Positions 11,260 to 24,775 of a stretch of DNA of 63,052 nt are shown piece by piece. Made by a program: the position numbers and the translations under genes. This DNA is from an uncultured Leucothrix sp. (lineage in GTDB: Bacteria; Pseudomonadota; Gammaproteobacteria; Thiotrichales; Thiotrichaceae). Numbering within the stretch: the first letter of the stretch is position 1; every line of letters starts with the position of its first letter. Below the pieces are notes generated by a model, which had not been told where the DNA came from, made no database searches, and saw nothing but the letters and a program-made list of their open reading frames with translations. The stretch covers positions 1 through 63,052 of the forward strand of contig CALAJG010000197.1 in the NCBI GenBank assembly GCA_937923375.1, written 5' to 3'.

Positions 11260-11292
11260 ATGCAGCACTAAACCAATTTAGGCTGCATTTTA
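11260..11292. terminator. Hairpin between convergent fis and ispF, probable terminator
   Basis: ATGCAGC(A)CTAAA-CCAA-TTTAG-GCTGCAT followed by TTT. Confidence 0.6.
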
Positions 11293-11769
11293 CAATTTTA
11301 CAATTAAAACTGTTGCGCTCGCAGCTATCCCTTCCTTTTTCCCTATAAAACCCATTTTTTCTGTTGTAGTAGCCTTAACCCCTACTCTATCCATATCAAC
11401 ACTCAAATCCTCAGCAATGCAACGTCGCATAGAGTTTATGTAAGATGCTAGTTTTGGCGATTCAGCCATGACCACCGTATCAAGATTATGTAGATTAAAC
11501 CCTTCATTTTTAATCAGACTGTAGACGTTTCTAAGCAATATTCGGCTATCAATATCTTTAAACTCTTCGGTATCATCAGGAAAGTGCTTGCCTATATCAC
11601 CTAGAGCAAGCGCCCCGAGCAATGCATCACAGATAGCATGTATTAAAACATCACCATCAGAATGAGCCTTAAAGGCTTTGGTATACGGAATCCTTACGCC
11701 ACCCAACGTGATGTAGTTTCCATCTGTAAAAGCATGTACATCAAACCCATTGCCAATTCTAAAGTCCAT
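11290..11769 (-). CDS. ispF: 2-C-methyl-D-erythritol 2,4-cyclodiphosphate synthase
   Basis: RIGNGFDVHAF, HSDGDVLIHAICDALLGA, DIGKHFPD, KATTTEKMGF; start at MDFRIG. Confidence 0.97.
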   Translation of the reverse strand: MDFRIGNGFDVHAFTDGNYITLGGVRIPYTKAFKAHSDGDVLIHAICDALLGALALGDIGKHFPDDTEEFKDIDSRILLRNVYSLIKNEGFNLHNLDTVVMAESPKLASYINSMRRCIAEDLSVDMDRVGVKATTTEKMGFIGKKEGIAASATVLIVKL

Positions 11770-12517
11770 TGGTTTCCTCAGAGTCATCAAGTAAATATTC
11801 GATGAGTTTCAGATCAGTAGGAGTTGTCAGCTTGATATTATCCGATGATCCCTCAATCAGCTGAACACTTTGATTACTAAATTCCATCGCTGACGCCTCA
11901 TCTGTGATCAAAACCTTGGCACGTTTCGCTTTGTGTAAAGCGTCAAATAAAGCGCCTAGCTGAAATAGCTGGGGCGTTTGAGCATGCCATACACCCTCAC
12001 GCGAAAGGGTTTTGGTAATCGTCTGTTTGTTAGGATTGGCCTGCTTTAGGGTATCTTTGACAGGCACACCTAACATCGCGCCTCCAGTGCCTGAGTTAAA
12101 GCGTGCATCAAGCAGCTTTAAAATATCTTTTTCCCTTACACAAGGACGGACTGCATCATGAACCATCAGCCATTGCTCTGGCTTAAGGCCCTTTTCGTTC
12201 AAGAGATAGGACAAGCCCTTCAAGACTGTCCCAGATCGTTCGTCTCCTCCAAAGGTTGATGCCAAGGTTAGTAACTCTGATTGATACTTATTCTGAATAG
12301 AGTTTTTTAGGTCAGCCCAATAGTTATCCAACTCGCTGACGACCACCAATATCCCAGAAATAGCAGGAAGCGAAACGAAACGGTTGATAGTGTGCTCAAG
12401 TATAGTCTTTCCGTGCACTTGTAGATATTGCTTGGGAATATCTGAATGCATCCTTGAACCAACACCTGAAGCAGGAATAACGACCCAAACACCCTTGTCT
12501 TGGGTACTTTTTTTCAT
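11759..12517 (-). CDS. ispD: 2-C-methyl-D-erythritol 4-phosphate cytidylyltransferase
   Basis: IPASGVGSRM..PKQYL, VHDAVRP, AQTPQLF, ITDEASAME, NIKLTTPTDL. Confidence 0.96.
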   Translation of the reverse strand: MKKSTQDKGVWVVIPASGVGSRMHSDIPKQYLQVHGKTILEHTINRFVSLPAISGILVVVSELDNYWADLKNSIQNKYQSELLTLASTFGGDERSGTVLKGLSYLLNEKGLKPEQWLMVHDAVRPCVREKDILKLLDARFNSGTGGAMLGVPVKDTLKQANPNKQTITKTLSREGVWHAQTPQLFQLGALFDALHKAKRAKVLITDEASAMEFSNQSVQLIEGSSDNIKLTTPTDLKLIEYLLDDSEETNGL

Positions 12518-12521
12518 TAGA

Positions 12522-12878
12522 TTATTGTTGCAAAATTTGTTTTGATTTTTCTTCTACGATTTCTTCAGCAGCTTTTACTTTAGGCAGTTGCTGCCCTTCA
12601 TCCCGAGTATCCAGAATTACCTCATAGAATGTCTCTTTACTGCGAATCATACCTAATTCACTTCTGGCTCTTTCTTCGACCGCAGCATTTCCGGATTGCG
12701 CATCTTCAAGCTCAGCTCTTATCTGGCGATTAAGATCAGTCTGTTTCTGATTGGATTGCTTTATCTCAGCAATCTCACTTTCGAGCTGCCATTTTGCCGG
12801 ATAGCTGCCATGGCCCACCCATAAACTTGCAATTAAGATTACAAGCAGGAGTACCATCACAGCTATCAAGTATTTCAT
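12522..12878 (-). CDS. ftsB: Cell division protein FtsB
   Basis: N-terminal TM, LWVGHGS, coiled coil, AVEERARSELGMI..ETFY; lies between eno and ispD. Confidence 0.92.
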   Translation of the reverse strand: MKYLIAVMVLLLVILIASLWVGHGSYPAKWQLESEIAEIKQSNQKQTDLNRQIRAELEDAQSGNAAVEERARSELGMIRSKETFYEVILDTRDEGQQLPKVKAAEEIVEEKSKQILQQ

Positions 12879-12910
12879 GAACTTACATCCTTATAACAAT
12901 CCAGAAAACA

Positions 12911-14233
<1,323 letters not shown>

Positions 14234-14275
14234 TTAGTTACTCACTATTATGATTCGACAATAACAGGGGCGGTT

Positions 14276-15919
<1,644 letters not shown>

Positions 15920-16198
15920 CTAATGATTCAAAGTTATGAATGGATTTTGACTTACAGTCTGTAGAGTTTAGATTGCCTTAGAATGCGGTTGGTTAGCACG
16001 AAAAAACAATCTGCGAATGCTACCATAATCCCAATCAATTGACACAGCAGATGCTGAGAATGCAATCTAATATTGAGGAGTCTTTTTCAGAAAAATACTG
16101 TTTTTTAAGCTTGCCCTCAATAGATTTTCTTTGTTGAGCAATGAATCTGCATTATTATCAACGGAGAAATACACTAAAGAAATTTAAGGCTAAAGCCA

Positions 16199-17188
16199 TT
16201 GAGTCAACAAACAACAAGACCTTCATATGATTTTATCAAACATGCCAAACAAGTTATTTTTGATGAAACCGCAGCGATTCAACAATTAACGGACAAGTTA
16301 GATCAAAATTTCACAGCGGCTTGTGATGCTATTTTGACCTGTAAAGGTCGGGTAATTGTTTCTGGAATGGGTAAGTCTGGGCACATTGCTAATAAAATAG
16401 CGGCCACTTTAGCAAGTACCGGTACACCTGCTTTCTTTGTTCATCCTAGCGAGGCACTACATGGCGACTTAGGCATGATTACGCCGCATGACATTGTGGT
16501 TTCAATTTCGAACTCAGGGAATACTGATGAATTAGTCACTCTGTGTTCAGTCATCAAACGCCAAGGCACAAAATTAATAGCGATGACCGGAACAGCGGAT
16601 TCATTACTTGGAAGGCTCGCTGATTATAATATAGACGTTCGAGTGGACAAAGAAGCTTGCCCACACGATTTGGCACCGACTTCCAGCACTACCGCAACCC
16701 TAGTGATGGGAGATGCTTTGGCTATCGCATTACTCAAAGCTAGAGAGTTCTCACCAGAAGATTTTGCCCGTTCTCACCCTGCCGGTCGCTTAGGTAAGCG
16801 CTTAACGATATCTGTCAGCGACCTTATGCACACCAAAGAATCCTTACCAGTCGTGGCCGACAGCGATAACCTTGAACATGCCATTCTCGTCATGACAGGA
16901 AAACAGTTGGGTGCAACGCTGGTCGTCAATAGTAAGAATCAACTACTGAGCATGTTCACCGATGGTGATTTAAGAAGATCTTTTGAAGCTGGAGCAAACT
17001 TAAAAGAATCTCTATTGTCGGATGTTATTCATAATGATTATTTTTCAGTGGGTGATACTGCACTAGCCATTGAAGCATTAGCTATAATGCAAGATAAAAG
17101 TATTATGGTATTGCCAGTGCTGAATCACCAACAAGAACCAGTTGGCATTATTCACATGCATGATTTACTAAAAGCTGGCATCGTCTAA
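16199..17188 (+). CDS. kdsD: Arabinose 5-phosphate isomerase (KpsF/GutQ family)
   Basis: GMGKSGHIA, HPSEALHGDLG, LAPTSSTT, HPAGRLG, two CBS domains; TTG start. Confidence 0.94.
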   Translation: MSQQTTRPSYDFIKHAKQVIFDETAAIQQLTDKLDQNFTAACDAILTCKGRVIVSGMGKSGHIANKIAATLASTGTPAFFVHPSEALHGDLGMITPHDIVVSISNSGNTDELVTLCSVIKRQGTKLIAMTGTADSLLGRLADYNIDVRVDKEACPHDLAPTSSTTATLVMGDALAIALLKAREFSPEDFARSHPAGRLGKRLTISVSDLMHTKESLPVVADSDNLEHAILVMTGKQLGATLVVNSKNQLLSMFTDGDLRRSFEAGANLKESLLSDVIHNDYFSVGDTALAIEALAIMQDKSIMVLPVLNHQQEPVGIIHMHDLLKAGIV

Positions 17189-17754
17189 TGAGAAGTTTAG
17201 GAATTGTTGCATTTGTATCGTCTGTATTGTTTGCCGTTGCAATAACCTGGCTGAACCTCTCATGGAAAACCATAAAACAATTCACTAATGAAACCAGCCA
17301 GTCACGGATAGATTATTACTTGAGTGACTTTACACTGATTGATACGAACCAAGCCGGTGAAATTAGCTACCAACTCAACGCGGAACATCTAATACATAAA
17401 CAATCAAGTGGAACGAGCGAAATTTATCGGCCGCACATCAGGCAAAGTTCCCTTGATGGTAAGTTGCTTACAATCGATTCAGAAAAAGCGATACAAGCAG
17501 GCAAAGGTGGTAATATTACACTCACGGGTAAAGTACGGGTCAAACAAGCAACAACAAACGATTTCCCTGCGTTCACCTTAACCACACAGAATTTAACGTA
17601 TAATCCGGTGGAACAAAAAATTTCATCCCAGGCAAAAAGTGATTTTATTAGCCCTCAAGGCACTATGACCGGTATCGGTTTTGAAACCAGGCTAAACGAT
17701 CAGGAATTAAGGATACTCTCAAATGTACAAGCAGAATTTAAACCGTCTCAGTAA
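17188..17754 (+). CDS. lptC: LPS export protein LptC
   Basis: N-terminal TM, DYYLSDF, beta-jellyroll-like pattern, position before lptA. Confidence 0.85.
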   Translation: MRSLGIVAFVSSVLFAVAITWLNLSWKTIKQFTNETSQSRIDYYLSDFTLIDTNQAGEISYQLNAEHLIHKQSSGTSEIYRPHIRQSSLDGKLLTIDSEKAIQAGKGGNITLTGKVRVKQATTNDFPAFTLTTQNLTYNPVEQKISSQAKSDFISPQGTMTGIGFETRLNDQELRILSNVQAEFKPSQ

Positions 17755-18247
17755 TTGTTTAATGCTAATGATTGGGCTTTCATTATGCGGCTCTGCAATG
17801 GCGCTCAGTAGTGACGTCAAGCAGCCTGTCAGGATAAGTGCTGACACAGTTGTTTTCAATAAATCTAAAGGCACCGCCGTTTACTCTGGTAACGTGGTTA
17901 TTATACAGGGCAGTCTGCAGATCAGAGCGTGGGAAATTAATATAAAAGCGCCTAAAAGCTCGATTGATACGATGACTGCGAAAGGTTCGCCGGTTAAGTT
18001 TCAACAAACGATGGATGACGGAAAAGTAGCTAAGGGTTCCTCAAAACTCTTGAGGTATTTTGTTAAACAAAAAAAGATGACTCTGGACGGCGACGCGGTG
18101 CTGACTCAAAACAATGACAAGTTCAGCAGTGAGCACATAGAATATTCAACCAGAACAGGCGAATTAAAAGCTGGTATACCGAGAGTTAAGGGCAAGAAGC
18201 CTAATCCAAAAGGACGTGTAAACGCAATATTCTACCCAACTAATTAA
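17723..18247 (+). CDS. lptA: LPS transport periplasmic protein LptA
   Basis: Signal peptide, ALSSDVKQPVRISAD, YSGNVVIIQGSL, GRVNAIFYP. Confidence 0.93.
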   Translation: MYKQNLNRLSNCLMLMIGLSLCGSAMALSSDVKQPVRISADTVVFNKSKGTAVYSGNVVIIQGSLQIRAWEINIKAPKSSIDTMTAKGSPVKFQQTMDDGKVAKGSSKLLRYFVKQKKMTLDGDAVLTQNNDKFSSEHIEYSTRTGELKAGIPRVKGKKPNPKGRVNAIFYPTN

Positions 18248-18290
18248 TTATTAGATCATATAACTTTTTCAGCGTTTTTGAGGGCTTCAC

Positions 18291-19016
18291 TTGAGTGCAT
18301 TAGTGGCGGATGATTTACATAAAAGTTACAAAAAACGAAGCATCCTTCAGGGCATATCACTAGAAGTTAACAGCGCAGAAGTGGTTGGCTTACTTGGACC
18401 AAACGGTGCAGGTAAGACCACCTGTTTCTATATGATTGTCGGTTTGGTACCCATCGACAAGGGAACGGTCAAGCTCGATGGAAATAACCTGACTAAATTA
18501 TCCATGCATCAGCGAGCACGCCATGGTGTTGGTTACTTAGCTCAGGAAGCTAGCGTGTTTCGTAAGCTTTCCGTTGAAGACAACATTATGGCTATTTTGC
18601 AGACCCGCAAAGGAATGAGCCGTCATGATCGTCGTATGAAAATGGAAAGCCTGCTTGAAGAGTTTCAAATTACACATATTCGCCAAGGGCTAGGCATTAG
18701 TCTTTCTGGTGGTGAGAGGAGGCGAGTCGAAATCGCAAGGGCACTCGCCACTGAGCCTGCTTTTATTCTGCTGGATGAGCCTTTTGCTGGTGTCGACCCG
18801 ATATCAGTTATTGAAATACAAAAAATCGTCACTCACCTCAAGCAGCGTGGTATTGGTGTGCTAATAACCGATCACAATGTACGTGAAACGTTGGGGATAT
18901 GCGACCGTGCTTATATTTTAGGCGGCGGCTCAATCATGGCCGAAGGCACTCCTCAGGAAGTACTGCAAAATCGCAAGGCTCGAGAAATATACTTGGGTGA
19001 GAACTTCAAACTTTAG
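18291..19016 (+). CDS. lptB: LPS export ABC ATPase LptB
   Basis: [55 protein letters not shown]. Confidence 0.98.
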   Translation: MSALVADDLHKSYKKRSILQGISLEVNSAEVVGLLGPNGAGKTTCFYMIVGLVPIDKGTVKLDGNNLTKLSMHQRARHGVGYLAQEASVFRKLSVEDNIMAILQTRKGMSRHDRRMKMESLLEEFQITHIRQGLGISLSGGERRRVEIARALATEPAFILLDEPFAGVDPISVIEIQKIVTHLKQRGIGVLITDHNVRETLGICDRAYILGGGSIMAEGTPQEVLQNRKAREIYLGENFKL

Positions 19017-19246
19017 TGCAGTGGTTTATCGCTTAGCATTAACTCCATTAAAGAGACAATATGACGTACCATCAATCGTTTAGCCCATGCAGTATTTAGG
19101 CATCATGATATGCTTCTTAGAAAATATGCTAAACAAACAAACCCGCTTTAATCTATTTCGATGACAAGATCCCTCAAAGCTAAGCTAGCAGCTAATTCTT
19201 TTCATATAAATTTGATTGAAGACAGCAAAAAGATAAAAATAACAAT

Positions 19247-20689
19247 ATGCTGAAACAAGGAATTCACCTCAAGCTCGGACAGAGCCTTTCCATGACTCCT
19301 CAGCTGCAACAAGCAATTAAAATGTTGCAGCTGTCGTCCATGGAATTAGAGCAAGAAATACAGAACGTACTAGAAAGCAATCCACTGCTTGATAGAGTTG
19401 ATAATGATGCAATTGATTCTCAGGAAGCGGCAACAGAAACAGAGTCGCCTGTCGAATCCAGCGATAGCCTAAGCGAATCTATCCCGGAGGAGTTACCAAC
19501 CGACTCTGAATGGGAAGACACCTATGACACAGAATGGAAGGTTAGTAACCCTGACAGCGACAGCGCTTCAGATTACATAGAAAAGCTTCACGCTAACAGC
19601 GAAGGCTTGAGTGAACACCTGTTATGGCAAATCGATCTCAGTAATCTCAGCATTATTGATAAAAAAATAGCACACCTTATTGTTGACTATATTAATGAGG
19701 AAGGGCTACTGACGGAATCCCCTGAGTCTATTCTAACCGCACTGGAGTCTGATTTATTAATTGAATTAGATGATGTAATGGCAGTGCTACGATTTGTGCA
19801 GCATCTCGACCCCATTGGCGTGGGTGCAAAGGATCTTGGCGAAGGCCTTTGGTTACAATTTGATTACCATTTTCCAAACCACGCTCTAAAAAAGAAAGCA
19901 CAATTATTGTTAAATAAAAATCTGGACTTGCTGGCAAAACGGGACTATAAAGGAATAAAGCGGGAAATTAGATTAAATAATGAACAACTTGATAGCCTGG
20001 TTGATCTGTTAAAAACGTTAAATCCCTATCCTGCCAGTAGTTTTGCTGAAAGCAACGTCGACTACGTAAAGCCTGATGTTTATGTACGCAAAGTAAAAGG
20101 CGAATGGGTGGTTAGTCATAATCCGGAAACCTTACCGGAGATTTGCATTAACCAAGGCTACGCTGATATGCTTTCGAATAGCAGTATTGATAGCGCTGCA
20201 TCAGACTATATTAAAAACAATCTACAACAAGCGAGGTGGTTTATTAAAAGTCTTGAAAACAGAAGCTCCACCATACTCAACGTAGCTCACGCCATCGTTG
20301 AACGGCAGATGGCTTTTCTGCAATACGGTGATGAAGCGATGAAACCCATGGTTCTAAAAGACCTCGCTGTACAGCTGGACTTGCACGAGTCAACAATTTC
20401 AAGAGTAACTACCCGAAAGTTTCTTCACACACCACGTGGAATATTCGAATTCAAACATTTTTTCTCGAGCCACATTAATACTGAAGCTGGGGGTGAATGT
20501 TCTGCTACCGCTATTCGCGCAATGATTAAAAAAATAATAACGGCAGAAAATCCACGAAAGCCTTACAGCGACAACAAATTGACAAACTTGCTCAATGAGC
20601 AAGGGATCAACGTAGCGCGACGCACCGTCGCAAAATATCGTGAAGCATTGTTAATTCCCTCATCTCATGATCGTAAAGCCTTATCATGA
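19247..20689 (+). CDS. rpoN: RNA polymerase sigma-54 factor
   Basis: MTPQLQQAIKMLQLS, LHESTISR, RpoN box ARRTVAKYRE. Confidence 0.98.
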   Translation: MLKQGIHLKLGQSLSMTPQLQQAIKMLQLSSMELEQEIQNVLESNPLLDRVDNDAIDSQEAATETESPVESSDSLSESIPEELPTDSEWEDTYDTEWKVSNPDSDSASDYIEKLHANSEGLSEHLLWQIDLSNLSIIDKKIAHLIVDYINEEGLLTESPESILTALESDLLIELDDVMAVLRFVQHLDPIGVGAKDLGEGLWLQFDYHFPNHALKKKAQLLLNKNLDLLAKRDYKGIKREIRLNNEQLDSLVDLLKTLNPYPASSFAESNVDYVKPDVYVRKVKGEWVVSHNPETLPEICINQGYADMLSNSSIDSAASDYIKNNLQQARWFIKSLENRSSTILNVAHAIVERQMAFLQYGDEAMKPMVLKDLAVQLDLHESTISRVTTRKFLHTPRGIFEFKHFFSSHINTEAGGECSATAIRAMIKKIITAENPRKPYSDNKLTNLLNEQGINVARRTVAKYREALLIPSSHDRKALS

Positions 20690-20770
20690 AGTTGAAATTA
20701 ACAATGAAGCGGTGAATGGATTGGTCGGATTGACCTTTCTGTTAATGAAACTCAAACGGAGACAATTAGT

Positions 20771-21097
20771 ATGCAAATGAATATTACCGGTCATCACATT
20801 GAGATTACACCCTCACTAAGTCATTATGTTAAGGAAAAGACCAAGCGTCTTACCCGACACTTCGATCAAGTGCTAAACATTAATGTCACCCTTGAAGTTC
20901 AAAAATTAGTGCATAAAGCGGAAGCCTCAGTCATCGTCAGTGGCAACCATCTTTATGCAGAGTCTCATGATAATGATATGTATGCGGCGATTGACTCTCT
21001 GGCGGACAAGCTGGACCGTCAGGTACTCAAGCACAAAGAAAAGATCACTCGCAAACATCGACAGGAAGGCAGCCACCGTAATATTATTGCGGAGTAG
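20771..21097 (+). CDS. hpf: Ribosome hibernation promoting factor
   Basis: MNITGHHIEITPSL, DMYAAIDSLADKLDRQVLKHKEK; follows rpoN. Confidence 0.95.
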   Translation: MQMNITGHHIEITPSLSHYVKEKTKRLTRHFDQVLNINVTLEVQKLVHKAEASVIVSGNHLYAESHDNDMYAAIDSLADKLDRQVLKHKEKITRKHRQEGSHRNIIAE

Positions 21098-21120
21098 CTT
21101 TATATTCTCTGGAATCTCCT

Positions 21121-21594
21121 ATGGTCATTGACACCATGACCCTACTTAGCCCTGAACGAACGATGTTCGTTCAGGAGCTTGAAAGTAAGAAGCGTGTTTT
21201 CGACACGCTCGCAAAACTTCTCTCTCTTAAACAAACTCAACTCACCCAAGATCAAATATTCGATCATTTAATCGATCGGGAAAAACTAGGTAATACCACA
21301 CTTGGAGCCGGAATAGCCTTACCCAGAGCACGGGTTGCTATTACTCAGCCCTATGCTGCCTTACTATTGCTTAACGAGGGTATTCTAATAGAAAGTCCGG
21401 ATAAGCAGCCAGTCACCATTTTCATGGCGCTAATGCTTCCGGAAACTACACCAGAAAAGTACTCTGATATGATATCGGAATTGATATCGAGCTTTGCTGC
21501 CCGTCCCGTTGCCGAAGAACTAGCCGAGACCAGCGAGCCAGAAATCGCCCTTAATTACATTGAAACATTATTTCAACAAACTAAGCCGGCCTAA
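21121..21594 (+). CDS. ptsN: PTS EIIA-Ntr homolog lacking the phosphoacceptor His
   Basis: SKKRVF, REKLGNTTLGAGIALPRAR (canonical GIAIPH), DKQPV; lies between hpf and rapZ. Confidence 0.85.
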   Translation: MVIDTMTLLSPERTMFVQELESKKRVFDTLAKLLSLKQTQLTQDQIFDHLIDREKLGNTTLGAGIALPRARVAITQPYAALLLLNEGILIESPDKQPVTIFMALMLPETTPEKYSDMISELISSFAARPVAEELAETSEPEIALNYIETLFQQTKPA

Positions 21595-21600
21595 AATACA

Positions 21601-22467
21601 ATGATGCATTTAATCATTATCACTGGAATGTCAGGTGCAGGAAAAAGCCAGGCACTCAATACGCTAGAGGATCAAGACTACTATTGTGTAGATAACCTTC
21701 CTCTGAATATGCTTGAAGAATTATTTAACAATAATTGGGTGATCTCTAAAGAAAAAATAGCTATTGGCGTTGATGTCCGCAGCGGCAAACTGCAGCTCGA
21801 CTCACTTCCTGCAATAGTTAAACGCCTCAAAAGCAAATTTCGTACAGACCTAGTTTACTTATACGCATCAAAAGGCATCATTTTCAAACGCTACAGTGAA
21901 ACCCGTCGCAAGCACCCTCTTTCCACATCGAAAATGGGCCTAGATGCGGCAATTCGTGCAGAATATGAACTGCTGACACCTGTAAGGGCCATCGCCGATT
22001 TTCAGTTAGAAACCAGCGACACGGATATTTATGAGTTAGCTAACTCTATTAAACAACGCATCTGTGTATTGTCAGAAAAACAACTGTCGCTTTCTTTTCA
22101 GTCCTTCGGTTTCAAATATGGTGCCCCCAGAGATTCTGATTTTATCTATGACGTTCGCTGCTTACCAAACCCCTATTGGGTCCCTGAATTAAGAATAAAA
22201 TCCGGACAAACTGAAGCCGTGGCGAAATGGTTGGACTCTCAACAGCTGGTTCAGGATATGTATCAGGATATTAGAAAGTTTCTGGAAACCTGGATGCCGC
22301 ATTTTATTGATAATCAGCGTGCCTATCTGACCCTGTCAATTGGTTGCACCGGCGGGCATCATCGTTCGGTATATCTCATCGATAAGCTAGCAGAACATTT
22401 CCAGCAAGATAGCAGCGTCTCCATCATTGTTAATCATCGCGAGATAAATGCAAAAAGCAAACAATAA
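21601..22467 (+). CDS. rapZ: RNase adapter RapZ
   Basis: GMSGAGKS, YCVDNLP, RYSETRRKHPL, SFGFKYG, DVRCLPNPYW, IGCTGGHHRSV. Confidence 0.96.
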   Translation: MMHLIIITGMSGAGKSQALNTLEDQDYYCVDNLPLNMLEELFNNNWVISKEKIAIGVDVRSGKLQLDSLPAIVKRLKSKFRTDLVYLYASKGIIFKRYSETRRKHPLSTSKMGLDAAIRAEYELLTPVRAIADFQLETSDTDIYELANSIKQRICVLSEKQLSLSFQSFGFKYGAPRDSDFIYDVRCLPNPYWVPELRIKSGQTEAVAKWLDSQQLVQDMYQDIRKFLETWMPHFIDNQRAYLTLSIGCTGGHHRSVYLIDKLAEHFQQDSSVSIIVNHREINAKSKQ

Positions 22468-22520
22468 TCCCTGATAAATTGATAGACTGTGTGGTTTTAT
22501 AATTCAAATAATATAATTCC

Positions 22521-23897
22521 ATGGGCACTCCTGACAATCTCAGCAAAGAGGATAGGCTTGCATCCCTAACCGGTGCGATTGAAAGCGGTTCGTTGTTTAC
22601 CTTGCAACGAATGCTCAACGGCTTGCACCCTGCTGAAATTGCCCATCTACTTGAATCATCACCACACGGCCAACGAAAAATTGCCTGGGAACTCATTAAG
22701 CGCGAGAACGAAGGCGCAGTACTGATAGAGCTGAATGAAGATGTACGGTCACAACTCACCGAAGAAATGGATACCGGTGATTTATTAGAAGCTCTTAAAG
22801 ATCTCGATGTCGATGACATGGCAGATTTTCTTCAAGGCTTGCCTGATACCGTTATTCAACAAACCCTTGCCGGAATGGGACGTCAGGAGCGTGAACGTGT
22901 AGAAGTTGTTCTTGGCTATGACGAGAATACCGCTGGCGGCATGATGGATACCGAGGTGGTAACCATACGCTCTGACGTCAATGTTGATGTCGTACTCCGC
23001 TACCTCAGGATGAAAGGAGAACTCCCGTCACACACTGACAGGGTAATTGTAGTTGATAGCTACGATAACTATCTGGGGGTTGTCTCCCTCTCAAAACTGT
23101 TGACCACTCAGCCTGATGAACCGATTTGGCAAATTATGAATAGTGATTATTTGGCCATTCCCGCAGACCTGGAAAACATAGAAGTTGCCACTTTATTTGA
23201 AGATCGGGATTTAGTTTCAGCACCTGTTATTAGTGACTCGGGAAAACTACTAGGCCGGATTACGATCGATGATGTCGTAGATGTTATCCGGGATGAAGCC
23301 GAACACTCCATTAAAAGTATGGCAGGTCTGAACGAGGAGGATGACTTATTTGCACCGGTGTTACCAAGCGTTAAACGCCGAGCACTGTGGTTGGGAACCA
23401 ATCTAATCACAGCCTTTATGGCCGCAGCGGTCATTTCACAATTCACTACAACCATCGAATCAGCTGTCGCTTTAGCAGTTTTGATGGGAATCGTTCCAAG
23501 CATGGGAGGAATAGCAGGAAGCCAAACTCTGACGATGGTGATTCGAGGCCTGGCATTAGGTCAAATTGGCAAATCAAACACATCGGAGCTTTTAAAAAAG
23601 GAACTCTTGCTGGGTTTGATAAACGGAATAATATGGGCGCTGGTGGTGTTTGCCATTTCGGCTATTGCTTTGAAAGACTTAGAAATTGGCATTTTGATAG
23701 CCATCGCCATGCTATTGAATCTCTTGGTTGCTCCATTAACTGGCGTTCTATTACCAATATTTCTTCGCAAAGTTGACATAGATCCCGCTCTTGCCGGTGG
23801 CGTAGTCTTGACAACAGTAACAGATATCGTTGGCTATGCCGGCGTATTGGGTCTTGCCTCTTTATTGCTACCTTACCTCAGGCAATTATTTTCATAG
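22521..23897 (+). CDS. mgtE: Magnesium transporter MgtE
   Basis: LHPAEIA, TAGGMM, CBS pair GRITIDDVVD, MGGIAGSQT, DPALAG..TTVTD. Confidence 0.95.
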   Translation: MGTPDNLSKEDRLASLTGAIESGSLFTLQRMLNGLHPAEIAHLLESSPHGQRKIAWELIKRENEGAVLIELNEDVRSQLTEEMDTGDLLEALKDLDVDDMADFLQGLPDTVIQQTLAGMGRQERERVEVVLGYDENTAGGMMDTEVVTIRSDVNVDVVLRYLRMKGELPSHTDRVIVVDSYDNYLGVVSLSKLLTTQPDEPIWQIMNSDYLAIPADLENIEVATLFEDRDLVSAPVISDSGKLLGRITIDDVVDVIRDEAEHSIKSMAGLNEEDDLFAPVLPSVKRRALWLGTNLITAFMAAAVISQFTTTIESAVALAVLMGIVPSMGGIAGSQTLTMVIRGLALGQIGKSNTSELLKKELLLGLINGIIWALVVFAISAIALKDLEIGILIAIAMLLNLLVAPLTGVLLPIFLRKVDIDPALAGGVVLTTVTDIVGYAGVLGLASLLLPYLRQLFS

Positions 23898-23932
23898 TCT
23901 AGTTTTCCTGAAATTATTTCATTTCACGAATA

Positions 23933-24763
23933 TTAATTTATACCGCGGCTTTTCTTAATCAGATCATAAGCCGCCTGCACCTCTTTTGATCGCTCAGTTG
24001 CCACTTTAATCATATCTTCTGGCAACCCCTGGCCCATTAAGCGATCAGGATGAAATTCACGAATAAGCTTACGATACGTTTTTTTCAATAATGAGTCACT
24101 GATGTCTTTCTCAACTCCCAATGCTTGATAAGCAGAAGCCAAAGAGTTAGCCGCATTTTGCGCAGGAGAATACCCGCCACCTGCACCACCGGACTGATAG
24201 TGCCCTCCTGAAAACTGGCTCTGAGCTTGAATCATCATCATCAACTGCTGAAAAGAACGATCGGAAAAACCAAGTTTCAATGCAATATCTTTTAGCAAAG
24301 CTTGCTCAGTAGCGACAATTTTTCCGTCTGCCAGCGCTGAGCCCAACAGATACATAACCATCAATTGCTTTAAATTTGCCGCATCTCCACAGACGGCTAA
24401 AAACTCATTAATGGTCTTTTCTACAGAAAAATCTGCCTTCGCGCCTTGTTTAAATAACGCAATCGCTGCTTTACGCCGCTCAGCTGTCATTTCAAGTTGC
24501 GTCATAAAGGATTCAGCCTGCGCAATTTCTGCTTCTGAAATCCGGCCATCCGCTTTAGCAAGCTTGCCCATCAACATAAATACAGTGTTGATAAATATTG
24601 TTTGTCGTTTTAATCGATGCTTTGGGTTTAATCCGAATAAACCGGCACTACTGCGCCTGAAGCGGTAAGTCAGCCACGAACCAAAGATGAAACCTATTAA
24701 CGCCCCCCAAAAACCATAGCTCATATAACCAATAATGGCCGTTACGTATTTTATATAAGGCAT
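23933..24763 (-). CDS. djlA: Co-chaperone DjlA
   Basis: N-terminal TM, LAKADGRISEAEI (TerB-like), C-terminal J domain with HPD. Confidence 0.94.
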   Translation of the reverse strand: MPYIKYVTAIIGYMSYGFWGALIGFIFGSWLTYRFRRSSAGLFGLNPKHRLKRQTIFINTVFMLMGKLAKADGRISEAEIAQAESFMTQLEMTAERRKAAIALFKQGAKADFSVEKTINEFLAVCGDAANLKQLMVMYLLGSALADGKIVATEQALLKDIALKLGFSDRSFQQLMMMIQAQSQFSGGHYQSGGAGGGYSPAQNAANSLASAYQALGVEKDISDSLLKKTYRKLIREFHPDRLMGQGLPEDMIKVATERSKEVQAAYDLIKKSRGIN

Positions 24764-24775
24764 AGCATTCCTGTA

